Shown one piece after another: positions 32,701 to 42,091 of a DNA stretch of 64,000 bases. Each line of letters opens with the position of its first letter. Within the stretch, counting starts at the first letter, position 1. The position numbers and the translations under genes are program-made. The notes beneath the pieces are model-generated. The model made no database searches and was not told where the DNA came from. It saw only the letters and a program-made list of their open reading frames with translations. This DNA is from Naegleria gruberi (taxonomy: Eukaryota). Location: the NCBI GenBank assembly GCA_000004985.1, contig GG738879.1; one strand, written 5' to 3'.

Positions 32701-33780
32701 TTATTCATCTTGTGCAATAAGTGAAATATCACAAAGCTTCGAATTGTTGGCTATTCTCCAAAGAACTGGTTTCCATTCTCTTCCACTTTCTCTCAAACAT
32801 TTAGAAATGAATGGAAACCTAGATTTCACTCCACTGAAAATCAAATCCTTAATCCCATTAACCTCCTCCTTATTTAGCAAATTAACAATGTGATACTCTG
32901 TTTCGTGTTCCTCAAAAAATTCACTCATCATTGAATTAATGACCATTCTTTCGTTTTCATTTGAGATTCGTTTCAATTCTTCCCTCATTTCATGATTCTT
33001 CAAATTTTCATAAACAACTCCTCGTTTCAGTTTTGATTGCAAAATATCTGGTTTGGTGAATAGGACTATTATTCTACAATTTGGATTAAACTTTTGAAAT
33101 CTTTTACAAGCAGTAACAGTATAATTGAACTTTCGTTTTTCATATTCTAATTCAGTGTAGGGATTATCAAAATCTGAAAGTCCATAAAAAAAGAATAGGA
33201 AATGGACATTGTCAAAACAGGCGAATACTTTCTTCCATTCATTTCTGGATCCTCCAATTTCTATCATTTTGTATTTAAAGGAGTGATCAATTATTGGATT
33301 CGAATATAAAAAATCATGAACAATAAAACCTGTAGTCCTTTGCGAAGCATAAATTAAAGGATTTTCCAAACGATTATCAAAATTTCCATTCAATAAGTGT
33401 TCCATAAATAAGGTTAAATTTTCAAGTCTCCAAACATTGAAATACTTTTCCAATAAGATTCGTCTCATTTCGTCATGTTTCCAAATCCGTGTAAGCATCT
33501 CCCTAGGTCTTGGAATTCTATCAAATTGATTCAAATTCTTCAATCTTGCAAATTCTTCATCCATTGAACAAAACTCATCAAAATCTTCCATTCGTGATAA
33601 CAGAACATTACAACAAGCATCAATTTGATTCTCATCACGAATTGTTTCATTGATGAGTTGTCTGCTGAATGTACTTGCTCCGGATCCGGGAAAGAGCCAA
33701 ATGTTTAGTTCTTGTGTTTTGGAAGAGGTTGAACTTTCGTCAAGTTTCTTCTCAGTGTTTCTGCTTTGCTTTGAACCCAT
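32701..33780 (-). CDS. Heterotrimeric G-protein alpha-subunit-like protein with degenerate nucleotide-binding motifs (putative pseudo-GTPase). It carries an N-terminal MGxxxS myristoylation consensus.
   Basis: It is collinear with Gα. The P-loop region is WLFPGSGASTFSRQL, where Gα has GAGESGKST. The helical-domain motif is RIWKHDEMR. Switch I is SQRTTGFIV. Switch II is EIGGSRNEWKKVFACF, where Gα has DVGGQRSERKKW with the catalytic Gln. The G4 motif is TKPD where Gα has NKxD. It begins MGSKQS. Confidence 0.65.
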   Translation of the reverse strand: MGSKQSRNTEKKLDESSTSSKTQELNIWLFPGSGASTFSRQLINETIRDENQIDACCNVLLSRMEDFDEFCSMDEEFARLKNLNQFDRIPRPREMLTRIWKHDEMRRILLEKYFNVWRLENLTLFMEHLLNGNFDNRLENPLIYASQRTTGFIVHDFLYSNPIIDHSFKYKMIEIGGSRNEWKKVFACFDNVHFLFFFYGLSDFDNPYTELEYEKRKFNYTVTACKRFQKFNPNCRIIVLFTKPDILQSKLKRGVVYENLKNHEMREELKRISNENERMVINSMMSEFFEEHETEYHIVNLLNKEEVNGIKDLIFSGVKSRFPFISKCLRESGREWKPVLWRIANNSKLCDISLIAQDE

Positions 33781-33913
33781 TTTTTTCTTTAGAAATTCAA
33801 CAAGTTCATTAGCTGATCGTCATCATTTAACATTTATCCTAAACTATTCTTCTTCTTTATTCGAATGAATACTTGAACTCAATGTAGTTGACCAAAAATT
33901 AATCCCAAAAAAA

Positions 33914-35101
33914 ATGAGTAAACGATCAAGAACCCTTTCACGCGGATGTGAAGAAAATTTCCCCACAGAACCCAATCACAAGAAAATTTGCCCAATTTTT
34001 CATCAAATATTTTCGGATGATTCAATTTTTGAAATTCTTTCATTCATTGATCATGAGAAGGAAGGCAAATTTATTTTGATGAATTGTGCGTTGATTGCAA
34101 AGCAGTGGATGAATGTCATTTTGGAACGTTCTAGGTTGTCACTTGCCATTGAAATTGGAAATTTTAGTGAAATTGTGTCGTGTCGATTTTTACAAAATAT
34201 TGTCAAGTTTAGAGTGAGTATTGATAGAGATGAAAGTGATGGGAATTTTCAGGTTTTTGAAATGATGAAGCATTTGACTCATTTGGATATTCGAAATAAT
34301 GGTATTGGATATGAAGGTGCACAGTCAATTGGTAAAGTGATGCAGTTGACTAGACTTTGCATTGCTGGAAATAATATTGGAGAAAAGGGAGCAAAATCTA
34401 TAAGCCAATTGACACAATTGACCACTCTTGATGTATCATTTAATCAATTATGTGATTATGGAACTAAATTTATAAGTCAATTGTCTCGATTGACTGATCT
34501 CAATATTCGTGGAAATAGAATTACTGACAAGGGAGCTATTTTTCTGTCAGATTTAAAAGAATTGAGGTTTCTCAACATTAGCTCTAATACAATTCTCCTT
34601 GAGGGAATCAAATCCCTCACTAATTTAAAACAATTAACTCAACTCGATATCAGTTACAATAACATTTTACCTTCATATGCCCAAACAATTAGTGAAATGG
34701 ATCAATTGACCAATCTTAACTTGAGTTATAATGATTATGGTTGGGGAAGCGATAGCAATGGTGTGAGATATATATGTGAAATGAAAAATTTGAAAACTCT
34801 GACTTTCGGAGGTATCTGTATCCGACAATACATTTTCAACTACATCAAGGAAATGAAACAATTGGCTTGCCTTAATATAAGAAGTAGCTATATTGGCTCT
34901 TCTTCTGCCAAGTTGATATCAAGCATGAATCAATTGACAGAACTAGATATTAGCTATAATGAAATTGGTGATGTTGGAGCGAAACATATTAGTGAAATGG
35001 ACCAATTGACTTCTCTTAACGTTGAAGGTTGTAGAATTAATTCTGAAGGAACTGAATATCTTAAACAAATGAAACAATTAACATATCTCAACATTTCTTA
35101 G
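33914..35101 (+). CDS. F-box-like plus leucine-rich-repeat (ribonuclease-inhibitor-type LRR) protein.
   Basis: An N-terminal F-box-like stretch (…IFHQIFSDDSIFEILSFIDHEKEG…) is followed by about 10 LRRs of the form LTxLxIxxNxIGxEGAKxISQLxQLTxL. Confidence 0.7.
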   Translation: MSKRSRTLSRGCEENFPTEPNHKKICPIFHQIFSDDSIFEILSFIDHEKEGKFILMNCALIAKQWMNVILERSRLSLAIEIGNFSEIVSCRFLQNIVKFRVSIDRDESDGNFQVFEMMKHLTHLDIRNNGIGYEGAQSIGKVMQLTRLCIAGNNIGEKGAKSISQLTQLTTLDVSFNQLCDYGTKFISQLSRLTDLNIRGNRITDKGAIFLSDLKELRFLNISSNTILLEGIKSLTNLKQLTQLDISYNNILPSYAQTISEMDQLTNLNLSYNDYGWGSDSNGVRYICEMKNLKTLTFGGICIRQYIFNYIKEMKQLACLNIRSSYIGSSSAKLISSMNQLTELDISYNEIGDVGAKHISEMDQLTSLNVEGCRINSEGTEYLKQMKQLTYLNIS

Positions 35102-35269
35102 ACACACACAAATTAAATAAACAAAAATCAACTTGTCAAAATTTTATTAAAACAAGAAAAATTTTATTGATAATTGACAGGGAAGTAGTTCCGTATTTCT
35201 GATCAGTGTGTTACAAATGGATAAATTGTTTTGATGAACAAGCAACATTATCCAAAACTCTGATAACTA

Positions 35270-37069
35270 TTACTGAACTTTCCTTTGTTCCCCACCTCTC
35301 TTTATAATTTGATCAAGTTGGATTTGATGTTTCCAACATGGCATATAGTACAAGTGGTCAAAAAGTGGATTTACAGCGGCTGAATTTGATGTGGCAGGAG
35401 AAGATGGTGAACTGGATTGTAATTGTATGCTAGCTCTAGGTGTAAACATTCCATCGGTTGAATTGAAATTGGTTTTGGAATTTTCTCTCTTCTTCTTTAA
35501 TTGATACTTCCAGTTCTTTGAACATTTGTTAATTGGATATCCAATATCTTCTCTAGACAAAACATCTTCAGTTGATGTGACACTATCTGTATGTGTTTGA
35601 CCTGATGAAATATTTTTAAGTGAGAGCGATGATAATGAGCTGGCATTTCTCATCTCTTCCTCGAAAGCAATAGGATCCCATGTTAATAAATCAGGCTTCT
35701 TCTTTTTCATTGATTCCACAACAAAGTTATATTGTAAAACTTCTTGTGCACTCATGGTAATAATAGGTGTATCACAAGCACTTTGTTCATCAAACAATGG
35801 ATTGAATAAAAAGTTGGTATAGTAAATATCTGGCCCTTCCTTTTTGAGATCATCAATAGAAGAATTATCAAACATTGGATCCTCAGTTGCAACAGAAACG
35901 CTACCTCCATACCAAGTGGCGATTTCCAATGGACGAAGTGGTCTAATAACATCAGATCCTCTATCCATCTTTTTATCCATCATTAATTGTTCGGGTGTGA
36001 GTAATTTCAATCTGTTGCCCAAATCTTTAACAACACTCTTAACACCCTTTTGTTCTGGAATATCGTTCATACTCTTAGAAGCTTGATGTGGAGAACCAGT
36101 TGTTGCAGTAGTTCCTGTGTTTACAATAGTACTATGACTTTTGGCAGCCGTAACAAGTTTTGAACCGAATTCAGAGTTTGTTGAATTGATATTCTTATTC
36201 TCTGGTGTTGTTGTTGTTGTTGTACCATTGGTGGTGACTGCTGATGAGGTTGAAGTGGTTGTTGAAGTGTTAGTAGTAGTAATTGCATCACTAGTCTTTT
36301 CCTCTGGCTTATTAATACTTCTAACTCTACGTTTTGGAGTAGTTGGTGCTTCAGTGGTTGTTGGAGTAGTAGCTGTTGTTGTTGTTGTCGTATTCCTCTG
36401 TAACCATCTATCTGCAACATTAGTTCTTGGAGTAGTTGGAGTGTTAGTAGCAGTAGTACTTGTGGTAGTAGTGGTAGTAGTCGTAGTATTATTATTATTC
36501 ACTTCATTGCTTGATGTTGTTGAAGCTCCATTTGTGTTATTATTATTATTATTACTCGATATATTATTGTTATTAATAGTAGTAGAATTATTTTCATCTG
36601 GTGCAGTAGTAGTATTATTATTATTATCATTGGAAGGAGTTGATACAGGTACAGCAGCCTCGCCAACAGGACGTTTCACAATCACTCTCCTCACAACTAC
36701 CTTCTTGGCTCCTGTTGTTGTTGTTCCATTGGTGGTGGAGGTTGTCGAATTGGCACTCTCCGTTGATGAGGAGACATCGGGTGTATTATTGCTTTCTGTC
36801 GATGATGATGTTTGTTGTTGATCTACTGTAGAGGTAGAAGATGCGTTGTTGTTATCAAAAGTGGTGCCGTTGTGCGTTGTTGAGTTATTGTTGTTGGTGG
36901 TGGTAGTGGAAGCAGATTTTGATGAGAGCACACGAACAACACGAGAAGGACGGATTGGAGGTGAGGCAGTCGAGTTGTTGCCTCCAACAGTTGGAGAGTC
37001 GACAGAGTTGTTGTTGCCTCCTGTTGTTGTTACATTGCTCACCTTTCTGACAATGGTTGGAGTGGACAT
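35270..37069 (-). CDS. Large S/T/N-rich low-complexity (mucin-like or disordered) protein with a short globular C-terminal region.
   Basis: ATG at 37069. A 599-aa frame dominated by T, S and N runs. Codon periodicity is retained. The antisense plus-strand ORFs are V/L-rich artefacts. Confidence 0.5.
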   Translation of the reverse strand: MSTPTIVRKVSNVTTTGGNNNSVDSPTVGGNNSTASPPIRPSRVVRVLSSKSASTTTTNNNNSTTHNGTTFDNNNASSTSTVDQQQTSSSTESNNTPDVSSSTESANSTTSTTNGTTTTGAKKVVVRRVIVKRPVGEAAVPVSTPSNDNNNNTTTAPDENNSTTINNNNISSNNNNNNTNGASTTSSNEVNNNNTTTTTTTTTSTTATNTPTTPRTNVADRWLQRNTTTTTTATTPTTTEAPTTPKRRVRSINKPEEKTSDAITTTNTSTTTSTSSAVTTNGTTTTTTPENKNINSTNSEFGSKLVTAAKSHSTIVNTGTTATTGSPHQASKSMNDIPEQKGVKSVVKDLGNRLKLLTPEQLMMDKKMDRGSDVIRPLRPLEIATWYGGSVSVATEDPMFDNSSIDDLKKEGPDIYYTNFLFNPLFDEQSACDTPIITMSAQEVLQYNFVVESMKKKKPDLLTWDPIAFEEEMRNASSLSSLSLKNISSGQTHTDSVTSTEDVLSREDIGYPINKCSKNWKYQLKKKRENSKTNFNSTDGMFTPRASIQLQSSSPSSPATSNSAAVNPLFDHLYYMPCWKHQIQLDQIIKRGGEQRKVQ

Positions 37070-37762
37070 GATGGTATACAGAGTGATCCAGTTTGAATTG
37101 TAGATTTGGGTGATGAAAATACTCTCTTTTGGTTTGGTTATTTAATAGTGAGAGAGAGGATATTGTGGTGGAAGTGGTATTTGGTGTTGTTGGGTAGGAG
37201 TTTCAATGAGCGAATTTTTTTTAAAAGTGGCAACTGACAAGTTGAATGCAAGCCAGAAACAAAAGCCTTTTCGAATTAAAAAAGTCGGGAACCGGATTGA
37301 TCACAGTGTTGTTGAAAGGCTATTGAAAATAAGTGTTGATTCTCATAATAATTGTTATCTGATCGCGTACAGAATTTAAAAGAGTCTGAAAGATGGTGGA
37401 AAAATTTTATACAAAATTCGAAATATTCACCTCAATGGTGTGATATGATTGTTGTGTTTGTATTTTGTTCAGTTTTTTGGGAAGATTGATCAACTGTTCC
37501 ACTGCACGTTGGTTATAATTATTAGTGTCGTATTTTCGCGCCAATTCTTAAAATGCATAGTACAAACATTTTTGGGTTTATTTTCGCTCATTTGAAAAAA
37601 CATCAGAACGCATCAAGGAAACTTGGTTTGTGTTCATCAAATAATACCTCACCTCAATAATTTTTATGACAATTGATAAAATTGAGGACAATGATATCGG
37701 AATGAATTTATTCTCCTATTAATTGAGGACAAAGTTATTGGAATGAATTGTTTCAAATTTAT

Positions 37763-39300
37763 TTAAATTGAGGTACCAACAACATAACCCACTTTTTCAT
37801 CAATTGATTTAACTCTCACTCTGACTTCCTTGGTAAAGTTAGCACCCTTCAAGAGAGCAGTATTGACTGCATTGGATTCACTTGAGAAATCTTTTGGTCC
37901 ATAATTATTGGTTAAGGTGCCTTTTGGTAATAATCCCATGCTGACAAAACATGTGGCAACCAATTCGGAACAGAACAATTCTGATTCATCATTGGTTTCA
38001 TTGGATTTGAAAACAACACTGACCAATTGCTTACGAGAGGTTTCGTAAATGGCATCTCTAATCTTGATTAAGTGTTCATCCAATTCAGGGAATCTCTCCT
38101 CGTTTGATTCATCAATTGGTCTGATTGGATATTGTGGTAATTGTAATTGTCTGACAACGAGAATGTCATTGACAGAACCATTCATTACATTGTTGACCCA
38201 TTGTCTTAAACCCACCAATTGAGAACCACCACCAAGTTTTCCATCCAAATTAGAAGTGTCAGATTCGACAATGTAGACAGATTCTCTATCACTTGCAGCA
38301 TCAGTCCAGAGACCATACTTTTTGAGGACTTGTTCAGAAGGATTTCTCAACACGAAGGAAATGTGAGACCAAGTGGAGGCATAGGCTAATTGAATGGCCT
38401 TTGAGAAAGCTTCACGACCAGATGACAAGATAATATCACCTGTTCTAAGTTGGTCATATAATTCTTCCAAATAGACAACTCCAAAGAGTCTGTCTAATCT
38501 TTGAGATTCCTCAGTTGTAATGGTTCCAGTGGCAATTGACTTTAATGATCTACCACGATGATCAAATGAGGTAACAGTACCTCTCTCATCAGTGTAATCA
38601 TCGAGGAAATTTTCCAACTTGGCTTGTGGAATACCCAATGACTGTTCTCCTTCCTTAACAAAACCAGTCTTGATATTAAAATCTACAGCAGTGATACCAA
38701 CTTTGATGCTACCCTTTGGAACTCCTTGTAATTTCAATTCCATATCAAATGTATCTCCTTGAATCAAGTAGAGAACTGACAAGCTGACAGCTGCATAACC
38801 CATCTTTCTGTCTTTGAATGCTCTGTTGTGGTCATAGAGCTTGAAGATAACCAAGATCTCTTCAGCTGTAATATCATCAACAATAAATTCAAAAGTTTCA
38901 TTCCAAAGAGGATTGAGAGTATTTTCCAATCTAGTTGAAGTTTTTGTTTGCTTTTCAATGGTAATTTCACAATAAGGATCAGAGAGATCTAAATGAATTG
39001 TGAAAAATGTTAAACATATGAATTGTAGAATTATTAAATGAGATGTGAAATGTCATCATGATGAATATACTTACCAGTGCTAGACCATAAGGAAGTGTCA
39101 GCATTGATGAGATCCTTTCCTTCGTACAAATGAACTTTAACAGTAGAAGGTTTCACACAAGAAATGGTGTCATCTCTCTTGAAAACAGATTTGATTTGCT
39201 TGTTTGTGGAAATAATTTGGCTAGAAGAAGCAGCACCTTCTTCGATATTGGTAGTAGTAACAGCATCAACAACTGAAGTGGTATTTGGTTCAGCAGACAT
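37763..39300 (-). CDS. C2-domain protein fused to a C-terminal YiiX/YaeF-like permuted papain-fold amidase (Peptidase C92/DUF830-like) domain. Exons 39300..39075 and 38988..37763, intron 39074..38989.
   Basis: The C2 domain is split by the intron (…VKVHLYEGKDLINADTSLWSSTG|DLSDPYCEITIEK…NPLWNETFEFIVDD…). The C-terminal domain has the C92 landmarks RTGDIILSSGREAFSKAIQLAYASTWSHISFVL and FCSELVATCF, where E. coli YiiX has YCSELV. The donor CTG|GTAAGT and acceptor CATTTAG|AT are in frame. Confidence 0.7.
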
Positions 39301-39629
39301 CTTGTTTAAACAATTTTTTATATTGTAATAATAATTTAACTGTGAAAATAATGTTGATTTAAATGAAAGACATGTCACTGACATGTCATGTGAAACAAAA
39401 TAGACAGAAGGTGACTCTTTGGAAGCCAACTTGAAAAAATCCATTTCTGATTTAAAAACCACTTTTGATTTGAGTGGTTGACGTATTTCTCGTGGTATGG
39501 CTTTGTCCTACTTGATCAGTTAATGATAAGCTGAAGACAAGTGATGTATTACACTTATTAAACATTCGACAATCAGATTTTCTCATAGATTTTACGCGAC
39601 GGCAGGGTGAAAATCAACACACAAACAAA

Positions 39630-42002
39630 ATGAAAAGACTATCACCCCTTCTCTGTTTGGTGTTTGTTATTGTCTGGGTCAATTCAGCTCTTGCAAATAG
39701 TTCTTCTTCTTTCCTTTTATTCGAAACTAGCATGAATGTAAAGCAGCTTAATGCATTAAAATCGGATGTTGTTTCTCACGGTTATGATTATTTGACCATG
39801 TTCATATGGAAGAGCAGCATAAACAAGTTTGATTGGTCATCATCAGAAGAGCAATATAACTTTACTACTTTATACCAACATTCGGCTGATTTCTCCTACT
39901 TGGAGCAGAGATTATCAAACAATATGCTTGCTCAGGTGAAACGTGTGGTTTCGTCGACGAGGTCCAAATCACTCCAATCCGTGATCCCATTGGGAGTAAA
40001 ATCTCTGACACAATCGTCTTCAAGCTCCACCTTTTCCATTGGTATTGATTCTGCAGTTTCTGATGAATTTTCTAATTTTGCCTCTTTCAACAATGTTAGA
40101 GTTGATGCCAACTCTTTACTATTTTCAATGAATTTGCAAATGTGTAGATTAACAAATGTCTATGAAGATTATGATGTCATGATTACAACAATGAGTCAAT
40201 TTGTTAATAATATTAGGTATTATAGAGAGGGAAGTGGAAAGAAAAAGTCAGCTTCTGAATATATCAATACTAGTGACTTTTATATTGTACCACTTGTCCC
40301 ATTCTCAGTGGTGGTCAACTCTGATTCAATTCAATCGATAAGTGTTCATTCAGTTTCTAGTAATCCAATATCAGGAAGTGATCAACTTGAAAAATTGAAG
40401 AATTCTGGACAGGCCCTCTATGTCATTAATAATGAAAAGGAATGTTTCAGTAATCAACTTTATTTTGGAGATCAATCGGATAAGAATTCTTTATTGATGT
40501 TGACAAGAATGGGACAATTAACAAGTAGAGATCAATCTTATTTAAATACGAAATTTGGAAGTTCTATAATTTCATACAATACATCATTGTACAATTCTCT
40601 GATGGATACTTTACAAAAAGATTACAAAAATATTAGAAATGGATGGACTATGAACGAAACTATTTCATCACTTTTGACATCATCTTGTCATCCTTGTTCA
40701 ACAACCTATTGTATTACTTTTAATGATAATGATTATTGGATTATTCCTCATTTTGTCATTTGTATTTTATACTTTAGTTATTTGTTTTTATCAAGATATT
40801 TCAAGAGGCCTGCAATTTCTAGAAGATTACTCGTGCCAATAATTCCTTTCCTCGAATGTGTTATTTCTGAAATTGCTTTTATGAACTTTTGGGATCCAAT
40901 CTGTAATAGAATATTTTGGTACATTTGTATGTTTGTCAATTGCTTCTCTGCTCTTCTCTACGTTTTTACCTTTGTTAGATTTTACTATTTGAAGAATTTG
41001 CACTTTTTCATGACGAGGGTGCAGAAGGAATCTCACATCAAGTTATTGAAATATCTTGGAAGTGCTTCCTTTGGACTCTGGGTAACACCACTGGCCAGTT
41101 TTATCATTACTCTATTGTTGACAGCTCATGGTTTGCCAATGTTTGCAATTCCTACCTATTCTGTCCATGAGGAGAGTATAATTTTTTATGTGGTGGTCGT
41201 TTTGTGTGCTGGTGCTATTGTTCTAATTGTGGACGTTATTGTGAATAGAAAGTATATTAAGGCAAAGGGAATTAGAAGTTTTCTACTCTTTGATGATCCA
41301 TTTTACTTGAGAATTGATATGATAGCTGTGGTATGTGCCTTAGTTGCCATCATTGTCTATATTATACTCAAGTTGGCTGCCACAGATGCTTTATCACCAG
41401 CAGTTATTGGAATTCCAAGATTTGTTGCCAATGTTTTTGTAATTTTGTTCTGTGGAGGCAATGCCTTAATTGGTGAAACTTGGAAAGATATCAAATATAG
41501 AAAGCAAAATAAGGATTTGAATGAGAATGATGAAAACTTAAATCGTTCAGTACTTCTTCAAACATATTTACAAAATGCCGATTTTCATGAATTATTCAAA
41601 CATTATTGTGAAAAAGAATTTTCTGGTGAGAATATGAATCTTTTCGATGAATTGGAGAAATTGAGATCTAATGGAAATAAGGAACTCAAATTGGAAATAA
41701 TCGCCAGGATTGAAAGAGATTTCATTCATCCCCAATCCAGATACAGTGTCAATATTAGTGCTGAGGCAAATAATAATTTCTATGGACTACTCAAGACAGT
41801 GAAAAACAAAAATAGTGACAATGTCAGTGTCACCTCAGGAACCAGTAATGGAGATAGTGTTAAGGTTGAGCAAATGGTGAAAATTCTCTCTGACGACATT
41901 TCCACCAACATGTACGATACCTTTACAAGATTTTGCAGGAGTAACGAATATGTCAAGTGGAAACATGTTTACGATCTTCAAAAGGCACAGGACAGATTCT
42001 AA
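39630..42002 (+). CDS. Seven-transmembrane receptor with a C-terminal RGS domain (7TM-RGS, AtRGS1-like architecture) and a large N-terminal ectodomain with a signal peptide.
   Basis: Signal peptide MKRLSPLLCLVFVIVWVNSALA. An ectodomain of about 340 aa is followed by seven hydrophobic helices between roughly residues 370 and 610. The C-terminal RGS box is …FHELFKHYCEKEFSGENMNLFDELEKLR…IIARIERDFIHPQSRYSVNIS…MYDTFTRFCRSNEYVKW…. Confidence 0.75.
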   Translation: MKRLSPLLCLVFVIVWVNSALANSSSSFLLFETSMNVKQLNALKSDVVSHGYDYLTMFIWKSSINKFDWSSSEEQYNFTTLYQHSADFSYLEQRLSNNMLAQVKRVVSSTRSKSLQSVIPLGVKSLTQSSSSSTFSIGIDSAVSDEFSNFASFNNVRVDANSLLFSMNLQMCRLTNVYEDYDVMITTMSQFVNNIRYYREGSGKKKSASEYINTSDFYIVPLVPFSVVVNSDSIQSISVHSVSSNPISGSDQLEKLKNSGQALYVINNEKECFSNQLYFGDQSDKNSLLMLTRMGQLTSRDQSYLNTKFGSSIISYNTSLYNSLMDTLQKDYKNIRNGWTMNETISSLLTSSCHPCSTTYCITFNDNDYWIIPHFVICILYFSYLFLSRYFKRPAISRRLLVPIIPFLECVISEIAFMNFWDPICNRIFWYICMFVNCFSALLYVFTFVRFYYLKNLHFFMTRVQKESHIKLLKYLGSASFGLWVTPLASFIITLLLTAHGLPMFAIPTYSVHEESIIFYVVVVLCAGAIVLIVDVIVNRKYIKAKGIRSFLLFDDPFYLRIDMIAVVCALVAIIVYIILKLAATDALSPAVIGIPRFVANVFVILFCGGNALIGETWKDIKYRKQNKDLNENDENLNRSVLLQTYLQNADFHELFKHYCEKEFSGENMNLFDELEKLRSNGNKELKLEIIARIERDFIHPQSRYSVNISAEANNNFYGLLKTVKNKNSDNVSVTSGTSNGDSVKVEQMVKILSDDISTNMYDTFTRFCRSNEYVKWKHVYDLQKAQDRF

Positions 42003-42091
42003 ACAAATCGTACGTCCATAAGGATGTACTATTATTTAAATTATTATTTTTTAATAATATAATACTTTACAATTTTACAAGTTTGAAAAAA

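Noticed and set aside
36141-37103. Plus-strand V/L-rich ORFs (226 aa and 85 aa) antisense to the S/T/N-rich gene.
   Set aside because: Poly-Val/Leu translation of the antisense of poly-Thr/Asn codons. It is a shadow ORF.
41957-42091. Apparent 46-bp overlap between the 7TM-RGS gene end and the 602-aa ORF start.
   Set aside because: The upstream part of the 602-aa ORF begins at a non-ATG codon. The first ATG, at 42092, lies ~90 bp after the RGS gene stop, so the genes do not overlap.
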